Below are positions 33,852 to 43,618 of a DNA stretch of 64,000 nucleotides, piece after piece. A program made the translations under genes and the position numbers. The stretch is from an uncultured bacterium (GTDB taxonomy: Bacteria > Myxococcota_A > UBA796 > CAJQPC01), in contig CAJQPC010000032.1 in assembly GCA_905480105.1 (NCBI GenBank), positions 827-64,826 of the forward strand. Direction: 5' to 3'. The notes beneath the pieces are model-generated. The model was not told the origin of the DNA. It did no database searches and was given only the letters and a program-made list of their open reading frames with translations. Every line of letters begins with the position of its first letter. The stretch's first letter is position 1.

Positions 33852-36326
33852 TCACTCCTCGGAGCTTCCGTCCTCGGACTCTTCGTCGTCGACTACGCGA
33901 GCGATAGAGACGATTCTTTCTCCATCTTCGACACGCATCAACGTCACACCCATCGTGTTTCGGCCGGTGACGCGGATATTGACGACAGGAATCTGAATCA
34001 CTCGACCAGAATCTGTGATCAGCATGATGCTGTCGTCGTCCCGTACCTGCATCGACCCCACAACGGCGCCATTTCGGTCGCCGGTGTTGATGTTGATGAT
34101 TCCCTGGCCACCACGACCCTGCAGGCGGTACTCACCCAGGGCTGTGCGCTTGCCGTAGCCGTTCTCGGTCAGCGTGAGCAGCAGCAGGCTCTCGTCCACG
34201 TCTAAGACTTCCAAGCCGCGGATCTCATCCCCCTCGGCCAGCTTCATGCCGCGAACACCTCGGGCCACACGACCCATGCGGCGCACATCGCTGCCTGGGA
34301 AGCGAATGGACTTGCCCCACGCAGTCGCGATGAGCAGCTCCTGGTCCGGTTTGGCCAAGACCACGGTGAACAGGCTGTCACCGTCTCCGCAGTCGTAGGC
34401 GCGCAGGCCGCTTGTGCGGATGTTCTTGTACAGGGACAGCTGCGTACGCTTGATCAGACCCTTGCGCGAGCAGAAGACCAGATCCAGATCCTCCTCGAAC
34501 TCCCGGATGGTCAAGACGGCGGATATCTCATCGCCCTTGTCCAGCTCCACCAGGTGGGCGATGGGCTTGCCGCGGGCATTACGTCCCGCTTCAGGGATCG
34601 CGTGCACAGGAACCCGGAAGACCTGGCCGTTCTTGGTGAACACCAAGAGGGAGGCGTGGGTGTTCGCGATGGTGATCTCGCGAACGATGTCCTCGCTACG
34701 GGTGTTCATGCCCTTCTTGCCAAAGCCACCACGTCGCTGGTCTTGGTAGTTGTCCAGCGAGACGCGCTTGATGTAGCCAGCCATAGACAGGGTGATGGCC
34801 TGCTCTTCTTCGGCGATCAAGTCCAGGATGTTCAGGTCGCTACGGCTGTCTACAATGACGGTACGACGCATGTCGCCAAAGGCGTCGCGAACCACGATGA
34901 GCTCATCACGAACGACGGCCATGAGCTTGACGTCGTCGGAGAGGAGCTCCAGGTAATAAGCGATGCGCTCCTGGAGCTCACCCAACTCGTCTTCGAGCTT
35001 CTGGCGCTCCATCCCAACCAAGCGGCGAAGCTGCATGTCCAAGATGTTGCGGGACTGAATCTCCGAGAACTGGAAGCGCTCAATCAGCGCGTTGCGCGCC
35101 AGCTCTGTGGTCTGGCTGCCACGGATGATGGTGATGATCTCATCAATGTGGTCCAGCGCCTTGAGGTAGCCCTCGAGGATGTGGGCACGCTCACGGGCCT
35201 TTCGCAGCAGGTAGCGCGTGCGGCGGGTGACCACATCGCGCCGATGGCTGATGTAGTACTTCAGCATCTGGCGGAGGGTGAGCACCTGGGGCTGACCGGC
35301 GCAGATGGCCAGCAGGATCACGCCGAATGTGGTCTGCAGGTCGGTGTGCTTGAAGAGCTTGTTTAGGACCACCTCGGGGTAGGCGTCCATCTTGCACTCG
35401 ATGACCACGCGGCGACCGTGACGGTCGGACTCATCGCGAATGGCCGAGATGCCGTCGATGCGCTTGTCGCGCACCAGGTTGGCGATCTGCTCCAACACGC
35501 GGTTGGCGCCCACCTGGAACGGCAACTCGTCGACCACGATGCGGGTGCGCTCGCGGCCCTGGGTGCCGAACTCTTCCATGTGGGTGGTGGCGCGAACCAC
35601 CACACGGCCACGGCCTGTGGTGTAGGCATCCAGGATGCCCTGGCGGCCATAAATCTGCGCCCCAGTCGGAAAGTCGGGACCCGGAACGTGCACCATCAGG
35701 TCTTCGACCGTGGCATCTGGGTTCTCGATCAACGCCACGGTAGCGTTGATCACTTCCGTCATGTTGTGCGGCGGAATCTTGGTGGCCATGCCGACCGCGA
35801 TGCCTTCCGAGCCATTGACCAGCAGGTTGGGGAAGCGGGCCGGCAGAACATCCGGCTCCACATCGGTGCCGTCAAAGTTCGGGGAGAAGTTGACCGTCTC
35901 CTTGTCCAGATCGCGCAGCAGCTCTTCCGCTGTGCGCTGCATCTTGCACTCGGTATACCGGTATGCAGCTGCGGAGTCGCCGTCGGGCGAACCAAAGTTG
36001 CCCTGACCATTGATCAAGGGGTACCGCAAGTTCCAAGGCTGGGCCATGCGCACCAGCGCGTCGTAGACAGCCGAGTCACCGTGAGGGTGCAGCTTCTTGA
36101 GCACCTCGCCAACCACGCCAGCACACTTGCTGAACTTGCGGTTGCTGGCCAAGCCCTCGTTGTTCATCGCGGTCAAGATCCGGCGATGAACCGGCTTGAG
36201 TCCATCACGCACATCGGGCAAGGCACGCCCAATGATGACGGACATGGAATAATCCAGGTACGACGTACGCATCTCCTCTTCGATGGAGATGGGCAGAAGG
36301 TTCCGGGCGAAGTCTTCAGTGCTCAT
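33852..36326 (-). CDS. gyrA: DNA gyrase subunit A
   Basis: Full-length Gyr[21 protein letters not shown] region [17 protein letters not shown] carries wild-type-like Ser and Asp. C-terminal beta-pinwheel repeats and an acidic tail. Confidence 0.97.
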   Translation of the reverse strand: MSTEDFARNLLPISIEEEMRTSYLDYSMSVIIGRALPDVRDGLKPVHRRILTAMNNEGLASNRKFSKCAGVVGEVLKKLHPHGDSAVYDALVRMAQPWNLRYPLINGQGNFGSPDGDSAAAYRYTECKMQRTAEELLRDLDKETVNFSPNFDGTDVEPDVLPARFPNLLVNGSEGIAVGMATKIPPHNMTEVINATVALIENPDATVEDLMVHVPGPDFPTGAQIYGRQGILDAYTTGRGRVVVRATTHMEEFGTQGRERTRIVVDELPFQVGANRVLEQIANLVRDKRIDGISAIRDESDRHGRRVVIECKMDAYPEVVLNKLFKHTDLQTTFGVILLAICAGQPQVLTLRQMLKYYISHRRDVVTRRTRYLLRKARERAHILEGYLKALDHIDEIITIIRGSQTTELARNALIERFQFSEIQSRNILDMQLRRLVGMERQKLEDELGELQERIAYYLELLSDDVKLMAVVRDELIVVRDAFGDMRRTVIVDSRSDLNILDLIAEEEQAITLSMAGYIKRVSLDNYQDQRRGGFGKKGMNTRSEDIVREITIANTHASLLVFTKNGQVFRVPVHAIPEAGRNARGKPIAHLVELDKGDEISAVLTIREFEEDLDLVFCSRKGLIKRTQLSLYKNIRTSGLRAYDCGDGDSLFTVVLAKPDQELLIATAWGKSIRFPGSDVRRMGRVARGVRGMKLAEGDEIRGLEVLDVDESLLLLTLTENGYGKRTALGEYRLQGRGGQGIININTGDRNGAVVGSMQVRDDDSIMLITDSGRVIQIPVVNIRVTGRNTMGVTLMRVEDGERIVSIARVVDDEESEDGSSEE

Positions 36327-36519
36327 AGATGGCGTCGTGTCTCTTCGAAGAGGGAAAACGGGGGAACATCCGCGCGTACGTAACCGATTTTGTGTGCTCT
36401 CGCAGGCACTTCCCCAGCCCTTATTCTGGCCAGATCAGCGGCACTCAACACGGGGGCCAGCTCACGGACAGCCACCCAACCCAATCCGCCCCTCACCCGC
36501 ATCATCCCACCCCTCTCCA

Positions 36520-36650
36520 GAGACACGACGGCTCCTCTGCGCATGCGCACTCAGCAGCGGGAGAAGTCGGAGAACTGGGGCACAGCACACCGGTAAAAGT
36601 GTGGTGTGCCATGCACCGTGACCCAGCCCAAAGGATACTGACCCTGTCCC
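36520..36650 (+). promoter_or_regulatory. Candidate cobalamin (B12) riboswitch
   Basis: Ordered elements resemble the cobalamin riboswitch core: GGGAGAAGUCGGAGAACUGG; hairpin GGCACAGCACAC-CGGUAAAA-GUGUGGUGUGCC (loop GGUAA); AUGCACCGUG (compare GCCACUG); and a B12-box-like AGCCCAAAGGAUACUGACC. It sits directly 5' of a BtuF-like gene. Not verified with a covariance model. Confidence 0.4.
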
Positions 36651-36665
36651 CCGACCGAGGTCAAT

Positions 36666-37592
36666 ATGCGCATCGTATCCCTTCTCCCATCCGGCACCGA
36701 GCTGGCGTGCGCACTCGGCTTGCGCGAGCAGCTGGTCGGGGTCTCACATGAATGCGACTATCCCGCCGATGTGAAGGGCCTCCCCAAGCTCACCTCCAGC
36801 ATTCTCGACAGCGCATTGACCCCCGCCGAGATCGACAAAGCCGTGGCCGCAGCCAGCCTGGATCGCCGCCCCATCTACGCCGTAGATGGCACCCTACTCA
36901 ACAGCCTAAAGCCCGACCTGATTCTCACCCAAGGCGTCTGCGCGGTCTGCGCGGTGACCCCCGAGACCATCGCCGAAGGCTTGGAGCTGGTGCGCCTCCA
37001 AGACAGCTGCACGGCTCCCGTACTGTCCTTGTCAGCGGTGAGCACCGGCGGGGTGTTCCGGGACTTGCAGGCCATCGCCCAAGCCACGGGAACCGAGTCC
37101 CAGGCAGAAGCCCTCATCACCGGCCTGGAGACCCGTCTGGCTGCACTGGGAGACCTACCCGCTCCCCTTCAATTTGGTGACGGTGCCAAGGTCCTGATGC
37201 TCGAGTGGCCTGACCCCCCGTGGTCTGGGGGGCACTGGGTTCCTGAGCAGGTTGCCGCGGCTGGCGGAATCCCCTTGTTCGGCGGACCTGGCGACAACAG
37301 CCGCCGTTTGAGCTGGGAGGAGATCCAAGAGGCGGACCCCGACGTGATCATCGCCTCGGCCTGTGGTTTCGGTCTGCAGGAGAACCTCACCCATGCCCGA
37401 AAGCTCTTGGACCACCCCGTGCTCGGCCAGCTCCGTGCCGTGCAAGCTGGGAACTTCTGGGCGGCCGACTCCAACAGCTACTTCTCTCGCCCAGCACCGC
37501 GCATCGTGGACGGGGCCGAGTTGATTCGGGGAATCTTGGATGGCCAGCCTGCGGACCCCACCCAAGCCGTGCGGGTGCTTGCCAAAGGGTAG
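36666..37592 (+). CDS. BtuF-like (class 8) periplasmic-binding-protein-fold cobalamin/siderophore binder, no signal peptide
   Basis: MRIVSLLPSGTELACALGLREQLVGVSHECDYP is the typical PBP N-terminal strand-helix motif and starts at residue 2. No signal sequence and no adjacent permease or ATPase genes. Confidence 0.8.
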   Translation: MRIVSLLPSGTELACALGLREQLVGVSHECDYPADVKGLPKLTSSILDSALTPAEIDKAVAAASLDRRPIYAVDGTLLNSLKPDLILTQGVCAVCAVTPETIAEGLELVRLQDSCTAPVLSLSAVSTGGVFRDLQAIAQATGTESQAEALITGLETRLAALGDLPAPLQFGDGAKVLMLEWPDPPWSGGHWVPEQVAAAGGIPLFGGPGDNSRRLSWEEIQEADPDVIIASACGFGLQENLTHARKLLDHPVLGQLRAVQAGNFWAADSNSYFSRPAPRIVDGAELIRGILDGQPADPTQAVRVLAKG

Positions 37593-37616
37593 ACTGCCCC
37601 CCGACCCAAGGACACC

Positions 37617-39785
37617 GTGACCCGATCCCGCGCACTGCTGGTGCTGCTCTACGGCCTGAGCGGGGCTGTGGGACTGGCTTGGCAGGTGCTGGCAGTGCGC
37701 GCATTCGTGCCCGTCTTTGGCGCGGGCGCCTACGCCATCGCGGCGGTCACCGCGAGCTTTCTGGGCGGCTTGGGTCTCGGTGGCGCCTTGGCGCCGCGCC
37801 TGCTCAAGCGCGTGGCCCCGCTGCGCCTTTATGGGGCGATGGAGCTGGGTGTGGGCTTGTGGGGGGCCGCCCTGCCGTGGCTGCTGGGGGCCAGCGCGCC
37901 CCTGTTGCTGGCCGTGCTCACTGCCGCTGGAGATGGGGCGCTGGCGACCCTGACCCGGGTGCTGCTTGCAGCCGTGTTGGTGGGTCCAATGGCCGCCATG
38001 CTCGGGGTCACCTTCCCGGCCGTCGCCGCAGCGGTCAATGGCGACGACAACCCCGACCGGGTCGGCCTGCTCTACGGGGTCAACGCGATTGGGGCCTCGG
38101 GCGGGGCACTGATCGCTGGACTGTGGCTGCCATGGAGCCTGGGCCTGAGCTTGGGGAGCGCTGCGCTTGGGGCTGGCAATCTCCTCGTCGCAGCCTTTGC
38201 TTTCCTGCTTGCTCCAGGGAGCGCTCCCAAGGCTGCAGAACAGGCCACACCACCAAGCGAAGCTCCCCCCACCAGCCTGTGGATCACAGCGGCCGTCACC
38301 GGCGCTGTCGGCATGGGCCTGGAGCTCTGTTGGAGCCGCTTGAGTGGCCCACTGCTGGCCGCCCGCTCGGGTTCCGACGCAGTGGCCTTTGCCATTGTGT
38401 TGGCCGCAGTTGTGCTGGGCATCGGCATTGGCGGAGTACTCGCAAGGCGCATCCCCAATGGCATGGGTAGGCCCTTGGGTTGGAGTCAGGCCGTCCTGGC
38501 TGTACTGACTTGGCTCACCCTGGAACCGGCCAGAGAGCTGCTGCTGGGGGCGGGCCGCTATCCCATCACCGAGGCCCTGTTGCCTCTGCTCCCGGCTGTT
38601 TGGCTGGGCGCAAGTTTTCCGCTTCTCTCCAACGCCCTGGCCGAGTCGGGCCAAAAGGCCTCGACCTCCTTGGGCCGGCTCTACGCCATCAACACCGCTG
38701 GCGCCGTGGTGGGCTCGCTGGCCACCGGCTTTGTGCTCATGCCCTGGTTGGGTGCCCAGCGCCTGGCAGTGCTCTTGGGCATGGCCAGCGCATGCGTGGC
38801 CCTGAGCGCTTTTGTACGCGCCCGGGCCCAGGTGCCCGCCGCCGCTTTTGCAGCGCTCGCTTTGGCTCTGGGTGGCACGCTGCTCGTGGTCGCCCCCCCG
38901 GTGGCCGGGGCCCGGGTTCTGCCGCCAGATGATGTGGTCTTGGACAGCGTCGAGGGCCTGCAAGGCTCCACTCTGGTCAGCGTGCGCGGCGATGAGCGCG
39001 CCCTAACCAGCAGCGGCCACCGCATCGGTGCGGCCAATCTAAACGGTCCGGTCAACGACCATGCCCTGCGCGCTTTGGGCCCGACTGCTCTCCACCCCAA
39101 CCCCAAGCGGGTTCTGGCCATCGGGCTCGGCACCGGCGCCACCGCCCAGGCCTTTCTCAGTGTGGACAGCGTCGAGGAGCTGGTGGTGGTCGAGCTGGAC
39201 CCCAACATGCGCACCCTGCTCCACCACTTCGGCACGGAAGGCATCCTAAAGGACCCCCGCCTGCGCATCGTGGACGGCGACGGGCGGTGGTTTGTGCGCA
39301 CCAACACCGAGCAGTGGGACGTGATCTCGGTGGACGCCTACGGTCCCAAGACCGCTTCGGCGACCTTCTACACCGCCGAGTTCTACGCCCAAGCCCGGGC
39401 GCGTCTGAGCCCGGGCGGCGCGGTCTTTGTGAAGTTCAATCCGGCCGCCATTACCCAGGCCGAGCCCCTGGCCAGCTTCTTGGCCAGCCTGTGGAGCGCC
39501 TTCCCCAACGGCGGGCTGATCTTCTTGGAGAAGGGCCTGTTCGGACTGGTGGGTGTGGCTGAGACCAGCCAGCTACCGAGTCGGAGGGTGGTTGCGACCC
39601 GTCAGACCTCGACGGCGCTCACCAATGGCGTACGTTTGCACACGGACGACCGGCCCGTGCAGGTGGTCGATACTGCCCAGGGGGGATTCTCGCTCTTGGA
39701 CCCCTACTGGACTGCGCTGCACCCCAGGACCCCGCCGCCTTGGGCTGGACGCGGGGCCCCGCCACCCCGGCGCTTCACCCCCTAA
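37617..39785 (+). CDS. Multi-TM domain fused to a spermidine-synthase-like (aminopropyl/methyl-transferase fold) domain
   Basis: About 400 aa of TM helices. Then VLAIGLGTGATAQ...VVVELDPNM...DVISVDAY is typical of the spermidine synthase family. GTG start. Confidence 0.75.
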   Translation: MTRSRALLVLLYGLSGAVGLAWQVLAVRAFVPVFGAGAYAIAAVTASFLGGLGLGGALAPRLLKRVAPLRLYGAMELGVGLWGAALPWLLGASAPLLLAVLTAAGDGALATLTRVLLAAVLVGPMAAMLGVTFPAVAAAVNGDDNPDRVGLLYGVNAIGASGGALIAGLWLPWSLGLSLGSAALGAGNLLVAAFAFLLAPGSAPKAAEQATPPSEAPPTSLWITAAVTGAVGMGLELCWSRLSGPLLAARSGSDAVAFAIVLAAVVLGIGIGGVLARRIPNGMGRPLGWSQAVLAVLTWLTLEPARELLLGAGRYPITEALLPLLPAVWLGASFPLLSNALAESGQKASTSLGRLYAINTAGAVVGSLATGFVLMPWLGAQRLAVLLGMASACVALSAFVRARAQVPAAAFAALALALGGTLLVVAPPVAGARVLPPDDVVLDSVEGLQGSTLVSVRGDERALTSSGHRIGAANLNGPVNDHALRALGPTALHPNPKRVLAIGLGTGATAQAFLSVDSVEELVVVELDPNMRTLLHHFGTEGILKDPRLRIVDGDGRWFVRTNTEQWDVISVDAYGPKTASATFYTAEFYAQARARLSPGGAVFVKFNPAAITQAEPLASFLASLWSAFPNGGLIFLEKGLFGLVGVAETSQLPSRRVVATRQTSTALTNGVRLHTDDRPVQVVDTAQGGFSLLDPYWTALHPRTPPPWAGRGAPPPRRFTP

Positions 39786-39916
39786 CGGCAGACTGTTGAA
39801 TCCAGTGCCGCCGGAGAGCACACAAGGTTCCTTGGATCCGACCGCTCGCAGGTTCCGCAGCGAGCGCGAGCCCGGTCAAATCGAGCCCCCTAAACCTCTC
39901 CGGGCAGGCACCCGCT

Positions 39917-40777
39917 CTATCCCTGGGCGGCGACTAGGGTGACCTGACCGACCCCACGACGCGACGCATCGGCCGCGTGCATCCACGCCTGCAGTGTGCC
40001 CGCCGCCTGCATGTCCCGCACCCGCTGAAGGATCGTGTCCAGCTCGGCGGGGGTGGCATGTGTCCAGGTGGAATCGGCCCTACGCCAATCGGAGTCGAGT
40101 GGCCCGTCACTGCGTAGGTAGTTGTCGCCGAAGATGACTTGGTCGGGGACGTGGTGCTCGATCTCGCCAAAGCCAACGGCGGCGAGCTGCGCGTTCACCA
40201 CATCCAGCGGCGCGTAGCGGGCCCCCATGGCCTTGAGCGTTCGCTCCGGGAGGAGCTTGAAGTACCAGTAGCCCTTCGCGAGCTGCTCGTTGGTACAGGT
40301 GTTGAAGACGAAAGTGCCGCCGGGACGGAGCACGCGACGAATCTCCTGAAAGGCGCGACGCATGAGAGACCAGGAGTCGTCGTCCGGCAGGTGGTGCAAG
40401 ACCTGGTTGATGCACGCCCCGTCGACGCTGTTGTCGGCCAGGGGGAGCTCGAGGAGATCGCCCTGGTGAAACGTCACGGCAGCCCCAGCCCCAAGCAACT
40501 TGCCGCGTGCGACATCCAGCATGCCAGGATTGAGCTCGACGCACTGCAGCGCCCGCACATACGGCAACAGCACCTCGCTGAATTGGCCGGTTCCACAGCC
40601 GGCGTCCAGGATCTCCAATGTCCCAGCAGGAGCGGAGCGCGACAGCCAGTCCAGGGTCTGCTGCACCCCCACCGGTCGCCGCATGTGGTCATAGATTCGA
40701 CTCACTTCGCTGTAGTTCTCGTAGCTACTCACGGTGACTTCCAATGTGGCGTGGCGTGTCGGGCGACTGTACTCCAC
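39917..40777 (-). CDS. Class I SAM-dependent methyltransferase
   Basis: Motif I ILDAGCGTGQFS. Post-I VELNPGML. Motif III-like LRPGGTFVF. Confidence 0.8.
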   Translation of the reverse strand: MEYSRPTRHATLEVTVSSYENYSEVSRIYDHMRRPVGVQQTLDWLSRSAPAGTLEILDAGCGTGQFSEVLLPYVRALQCVELNPGMLDVARGKLLGAGAAVTFHQGDLLELPLADNSVDGACINQVLHHLPDDDSWSLMRRAFQEIRRVLRPGGTFVFNTCTNEQLAKGYWYFKLLPERTLKAMGARYAPLDVVNAQLAAVGFGEIEHHVPDQVIFGDNYLRSDGPLDSDWRRADSTWTHATPAELDTILQRVRDMQAAGTLQAWMHAADASRRGVGQVTLVAAQG

Positions 40778-40792
40778 ATCCCGATCGGCTCC

Positions 40793-42010
40793 CTATCGCA
40801 GCGACTCGGATATCCACCCTCTAAGGCGCTCTTCGATGGCCAACCTGGCGGTCACATCCAGGTCGGTCGGCATCATGACCCCCAAGCTGTAGCTGGGCTC
40901 CGGGGCAAAGATCTCCGGCCAAGCCTGGCCATCGACCCGCACTTGGATTCGCGGCGTCCCCTGGCTGAGCTGACTCTGCCAAGCCGCCAGCGCGCCATCG
41001 TCCAGCGCCAAGCTCATGCGCCCGGGTCCCAACTGAACGTCCACCAGGTTGTCCAAACAAGCGATGAGCCGCGCATCATCGTTGTCCACCAACGAAACCT
41101 GCACCCGGGCGTCACTGCACGCAATGGGCCGCTCGTCCAAGCTGTGCGGCTGCTGCATCTGAGCCACGCTGCCTAAAATCAGGGCCATGTTCAGCCCAGG
41201 TTCGGGCACCCACTCCACCCAGCGCTGGCCTTGCTTGCGGTAGTTCCGCACAAAGTAGGCCACCCGAAGGGGGGCTTGGGGGTGGGGTCCAGTCGCGTAG
41301 GGTCGGGCCACGAGGATCCACACATCTTCGTCTTGCTGGGCCGAGAGCAAGGGTTCATCGCCGAACTCCTCCACCAATCCCAAACTGGCACCGCGCACCC
41401 GCGCCACGTCCACTGCCGGAAAAGCGCCCCCACAGAGCTGGGCGGCGGCGCCCGCGCACAGCAGCTCGGCCAGAGCGGGCAGACCGGGACCCTCCAGGCG
41501 CGCAGCGGCTTGGGTGGGGTTGGTGTAGACGTCTCCCAGCTCAGCCCAGGCCTGGGCCGCGTCGCCCTTGAGCGCCACCACGGGCAGCCCGCCATTCAGA
41601 GAGTCCCCCGGCAGCTGGAGCAGGGGACCGATGTTCAGCTTGGGGGTGCCCTGGGTGTCGTTGCGGGTTGCCAGCGCAATGACCTCGCCGGTGGGGCGCT
41701 GCAGCAAGAGGATGCGGTCGCGCACCAGCTCAACGGCACCCAGGATCTCCATCTGACCGACCCGGGGGTGCTCTACAGCCAGAGCCCGACCCTCCGGCGT
41801 TCGGGGCAGCAGGTGAGCCAAGGCTTGGGGTCGATCAAAGCCTCCGGAGAGGAGCTGGGCCGAGACCGGATGCAGGTGGGGTGCCAGCTGAGCCAGGTCC
41901 CCTGCGTCCAAAGCCTGGGCCCAGGCAAGTACCAAGGCGTCGTGCTCGGGGGTGAGCTCAGAGAGGCCCGCAGGCTTGGCCAAGCAAGAGAACAACAGGG
42001 CCAGCAACAT
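40793..42010 (-). CDS. Hypothetical lipoprotein
   Basis: MLLALLFSCLA lipobox. GC3-rich. No recognised domain. Confidence 0.6.
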   Translation of the reverse strand: MLLALLFSCLAKPAGLSELTPEHDALVLAWAQALDAGDLAQLAPHLHPVSAQLLSGGFDRPQALAHLLPRTPEGRALAVEHPRVGQMEILGAVELVRDRILLLQRPTGEVIALATRNDTQGTPKLNIGPLLQLPGDSLNGGLPVVALKGDAAQAWAELGDVYTNPTQAAARLEGPGLPALAELLCAGAAAQLCGGAFPAVDVARVRGASLGLVEEFGDEPLLSAQQDEDVWILVARPYATGPHPQAPLRVAYFVRNYRKQGQRWVEWVPEPGLNMALILGSVAQMQQPHSLDERPIACSDARVQVSLVDNDDARLIACLDNLVDVQLGPGRMSLALDDGALAAWQSQLSQGTPRIQVRVDGQAWPEIFAPEPSYSLGVMMPTDLDVTARLAIEERLRGWISESLR

Positions 42011-42067
42011 GGGGGCTCCGGGGATAGGCGGCGGCTATAACCTAGGCATGAACAGACCCAAGCGGGC

Positions 42068-42691
42068 TTAGAGCTCCACCCCGTAGAACACCTCTCCCCC
42101 CTTGCCTTTTCCGCGAATGAGCACCGTGCCATGGGCCGAGGCGGGGACCTGGAGAGTGAGCACCCCTTCCGCTACGACGCTGGTCACCCCAAGCTCAGAC
42201 AAGACCAGATCTGGGAACACCTCGGCCTGGGTCACGCCGGGCAAGGCCACGGTGGCCACATCTCCACTGCGCACGGCCACCACCGGTATGGGCAGATCGT
42301 AGAGCTTGGGTGTGCCCGCGCTCAGGCTCAGCTCCGCGACCCCGGGGATGCAGGAATCGGCTCGGCAGACCAAGTAGCGCACCGTGGCTGTGGCCCCTTC
42401 GGGCACCGCAGAGAGCGGCACGGCGATGGTGGCGTGTCTCTCGTAGCCAAAGTCCGTCAGGTCCCCAGGACGGGCAATGTGATGGGGAACCGACCAGACC
42501 GGCTCGCCTTGCTCGACTCCAGGCGTGCGCACCTCGAACTCGGTGGGAAGCCCAGTATCTCCTGAGTTTTCCCAGTAGATGTGCCAGTCCTTTTTGAGAT
42601 CAAAGTCCAGTACTGCGGCGGGGCCTTCCACGCCGGGAACCCCAGCGGGTGCCAAGAGTAGTGTGGCGGTTACGACGGATGCAGCGTCCAA
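42068..42691 (-). CDS. DsbD N-terminal (alpha) domain-like thiol-disulfide exchange protein
   Basis: DWHIYWENSGDTGLPTEFE matches the HiYW-x-NPGD-x-G-x-PT signature. A conserved Cys lies in LVCRADSCIPG. TTG start with a weak signal peptide. Confidence 0.6.
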   Translation of the reverse strand: MDAASVVTATLLLAPAGVPGVEGPAAVLDFDLKKDWHIYWENSGDTGLPTEFEVRTPGVEQGEPVWSVPHHIARPGDLTDFGYERHATIAVPLSAVPEGATATVRYLVCRADSCIPGVAELSLSAGTPKLYDLPIPVVAVRSGDVATVALPGVTQAEVFPDLVLSELGVTSVVAEGVLTLQVPASAHGTVLIRGKGKGGEVFYGVEL

Positions 42692-42768
42692 GTTGGCCTC
42701 GCAAGGGAGAAGAGGTGATCTCCTAATCGTCTGGGAAAGACTACCGTTTAATTGGGACGTTGTTCCAT

Positions 42769-42837
42769 GCGCATTTCCTGCGGAATTGCGCCAGATCTAA
42801 GGGCCTAAGGCCCTGCGCAATTCCTGCGGAATTGCGC
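42769..42837. promoter_or_regulatory. Duplicated 23-nt palindrome GCGCA(A/T)TTCC-TGC-GGAATTGCGC flanking a third palindrome AGGGCC-TAA-GGCCCT
   Basis: Copy 1 at 42769..42791 has one mismatch. Copy 2 at 42815..42837 has perfect 10-bp arms. The central palindrome is at 42800..42814. Copy 2 ends 3 nt before the AGGAGA Shine-Dalgarno of the gene at 42852. Confidence 0.8.
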
Positions 42838-42851
42838 TCCAGGAGACCCCC

Positions 42852-43463
42852 ATGCTGATCGCTCTCTTCCTCGCCTGCAGCACCGCGAGCACCCCCATCG
42901 CCGTGGCCGACCTGCCCACACCCATCGAAGCGTCCGCCAAGGCCAGCTTGGGCCAAGCCGCACCCGACTTTTCCCTACCCGACGTGGACGGCACCATCCA
43001 CACCCTGGCCGACCACAGCGGCAAGGTGGTGGTTCTGGAGTGGTTCAACCCCGGCTGTCCCTTCGTAAAAGCGGCCTACAGCAAAGACGTGGTCCAAGAC
43101 CTGGCCGCGTCCCACGCCACAGACGCGGTATGGCTGCGCATCAACTCGGGCTCGGCAGGCAAGCAGGGCGCGGGGGCCGATGAGAACCGACGGGCCGCCA
43201 GAAAATGGGACATGGAAGGGCCCGTTCTGCTCGACACCAGCGGTGCGGTCGGCAAGGCCTATGGTGCCAAGACCACCCCTCAGATCGTGGTGATCGACGC
43301 CCAGGGCATGGTGCGCTTCAACGGCGCTCTGGACAATGCCCCTCTGGGGGCCAGCCAGGGCGAATACAAGCCCTATGCCGGGACCGCCATCGCAGCGGTT
43401 TTGAGCGGCAGCGAGCTTACAGTGACCAAGCCCAAGCCTTGGGGCTGCAGCGTGAAGTACTAA
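42852..43463 (+). CDS. Thioredoxin-fold (redoxin/AhpC-TSA-like) lipoprotein
   Basis: MLIALFLACST lipobox. VVVLEWFNPGCPFVK active-site region. C-terminal WGCSVKY. Confidence 0.75.
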   Translation: MLIALFLACSTASTPIAVADLPTPIEASAKASLGQAAPDFSLPDVDGTIHTLADHSGKVVVLEWFNPGCPFVKAAYSKDVVQDLAASHATDAVWLRINSGSAGKQGAGADENRRAARKWDMEGPVLLDTSGAVGKAYGAKTTPQIVVIDAQGMVRFNGALDNAPLGASQGEYKPYAGTAIAAVLSGSELTVTKPKPWGCSVKY

Positions 43464-43618
43464 GGGCCGACATCCCGCACGGCCGGTCGCGCGGTCACCC
43501 CACAGCGCTGAACCTGTCGACTGGCCAACCAAACCTGGCCGGGCTTGGAAGAAGAATGCCCGGGACGGCTGGACCAAGCCCGCGTGTTAAGACCCCGGCC
43601 AACCCTGTCGGATGCTTC

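Noticed and set aside
37155-38963. 602-aa minus-strand ORF
   Set aside because: It is antisense to the BtuF-like and spermidine-synthase-like genes. It is Gln/Gly/His/Pro-rich with no domain signature.
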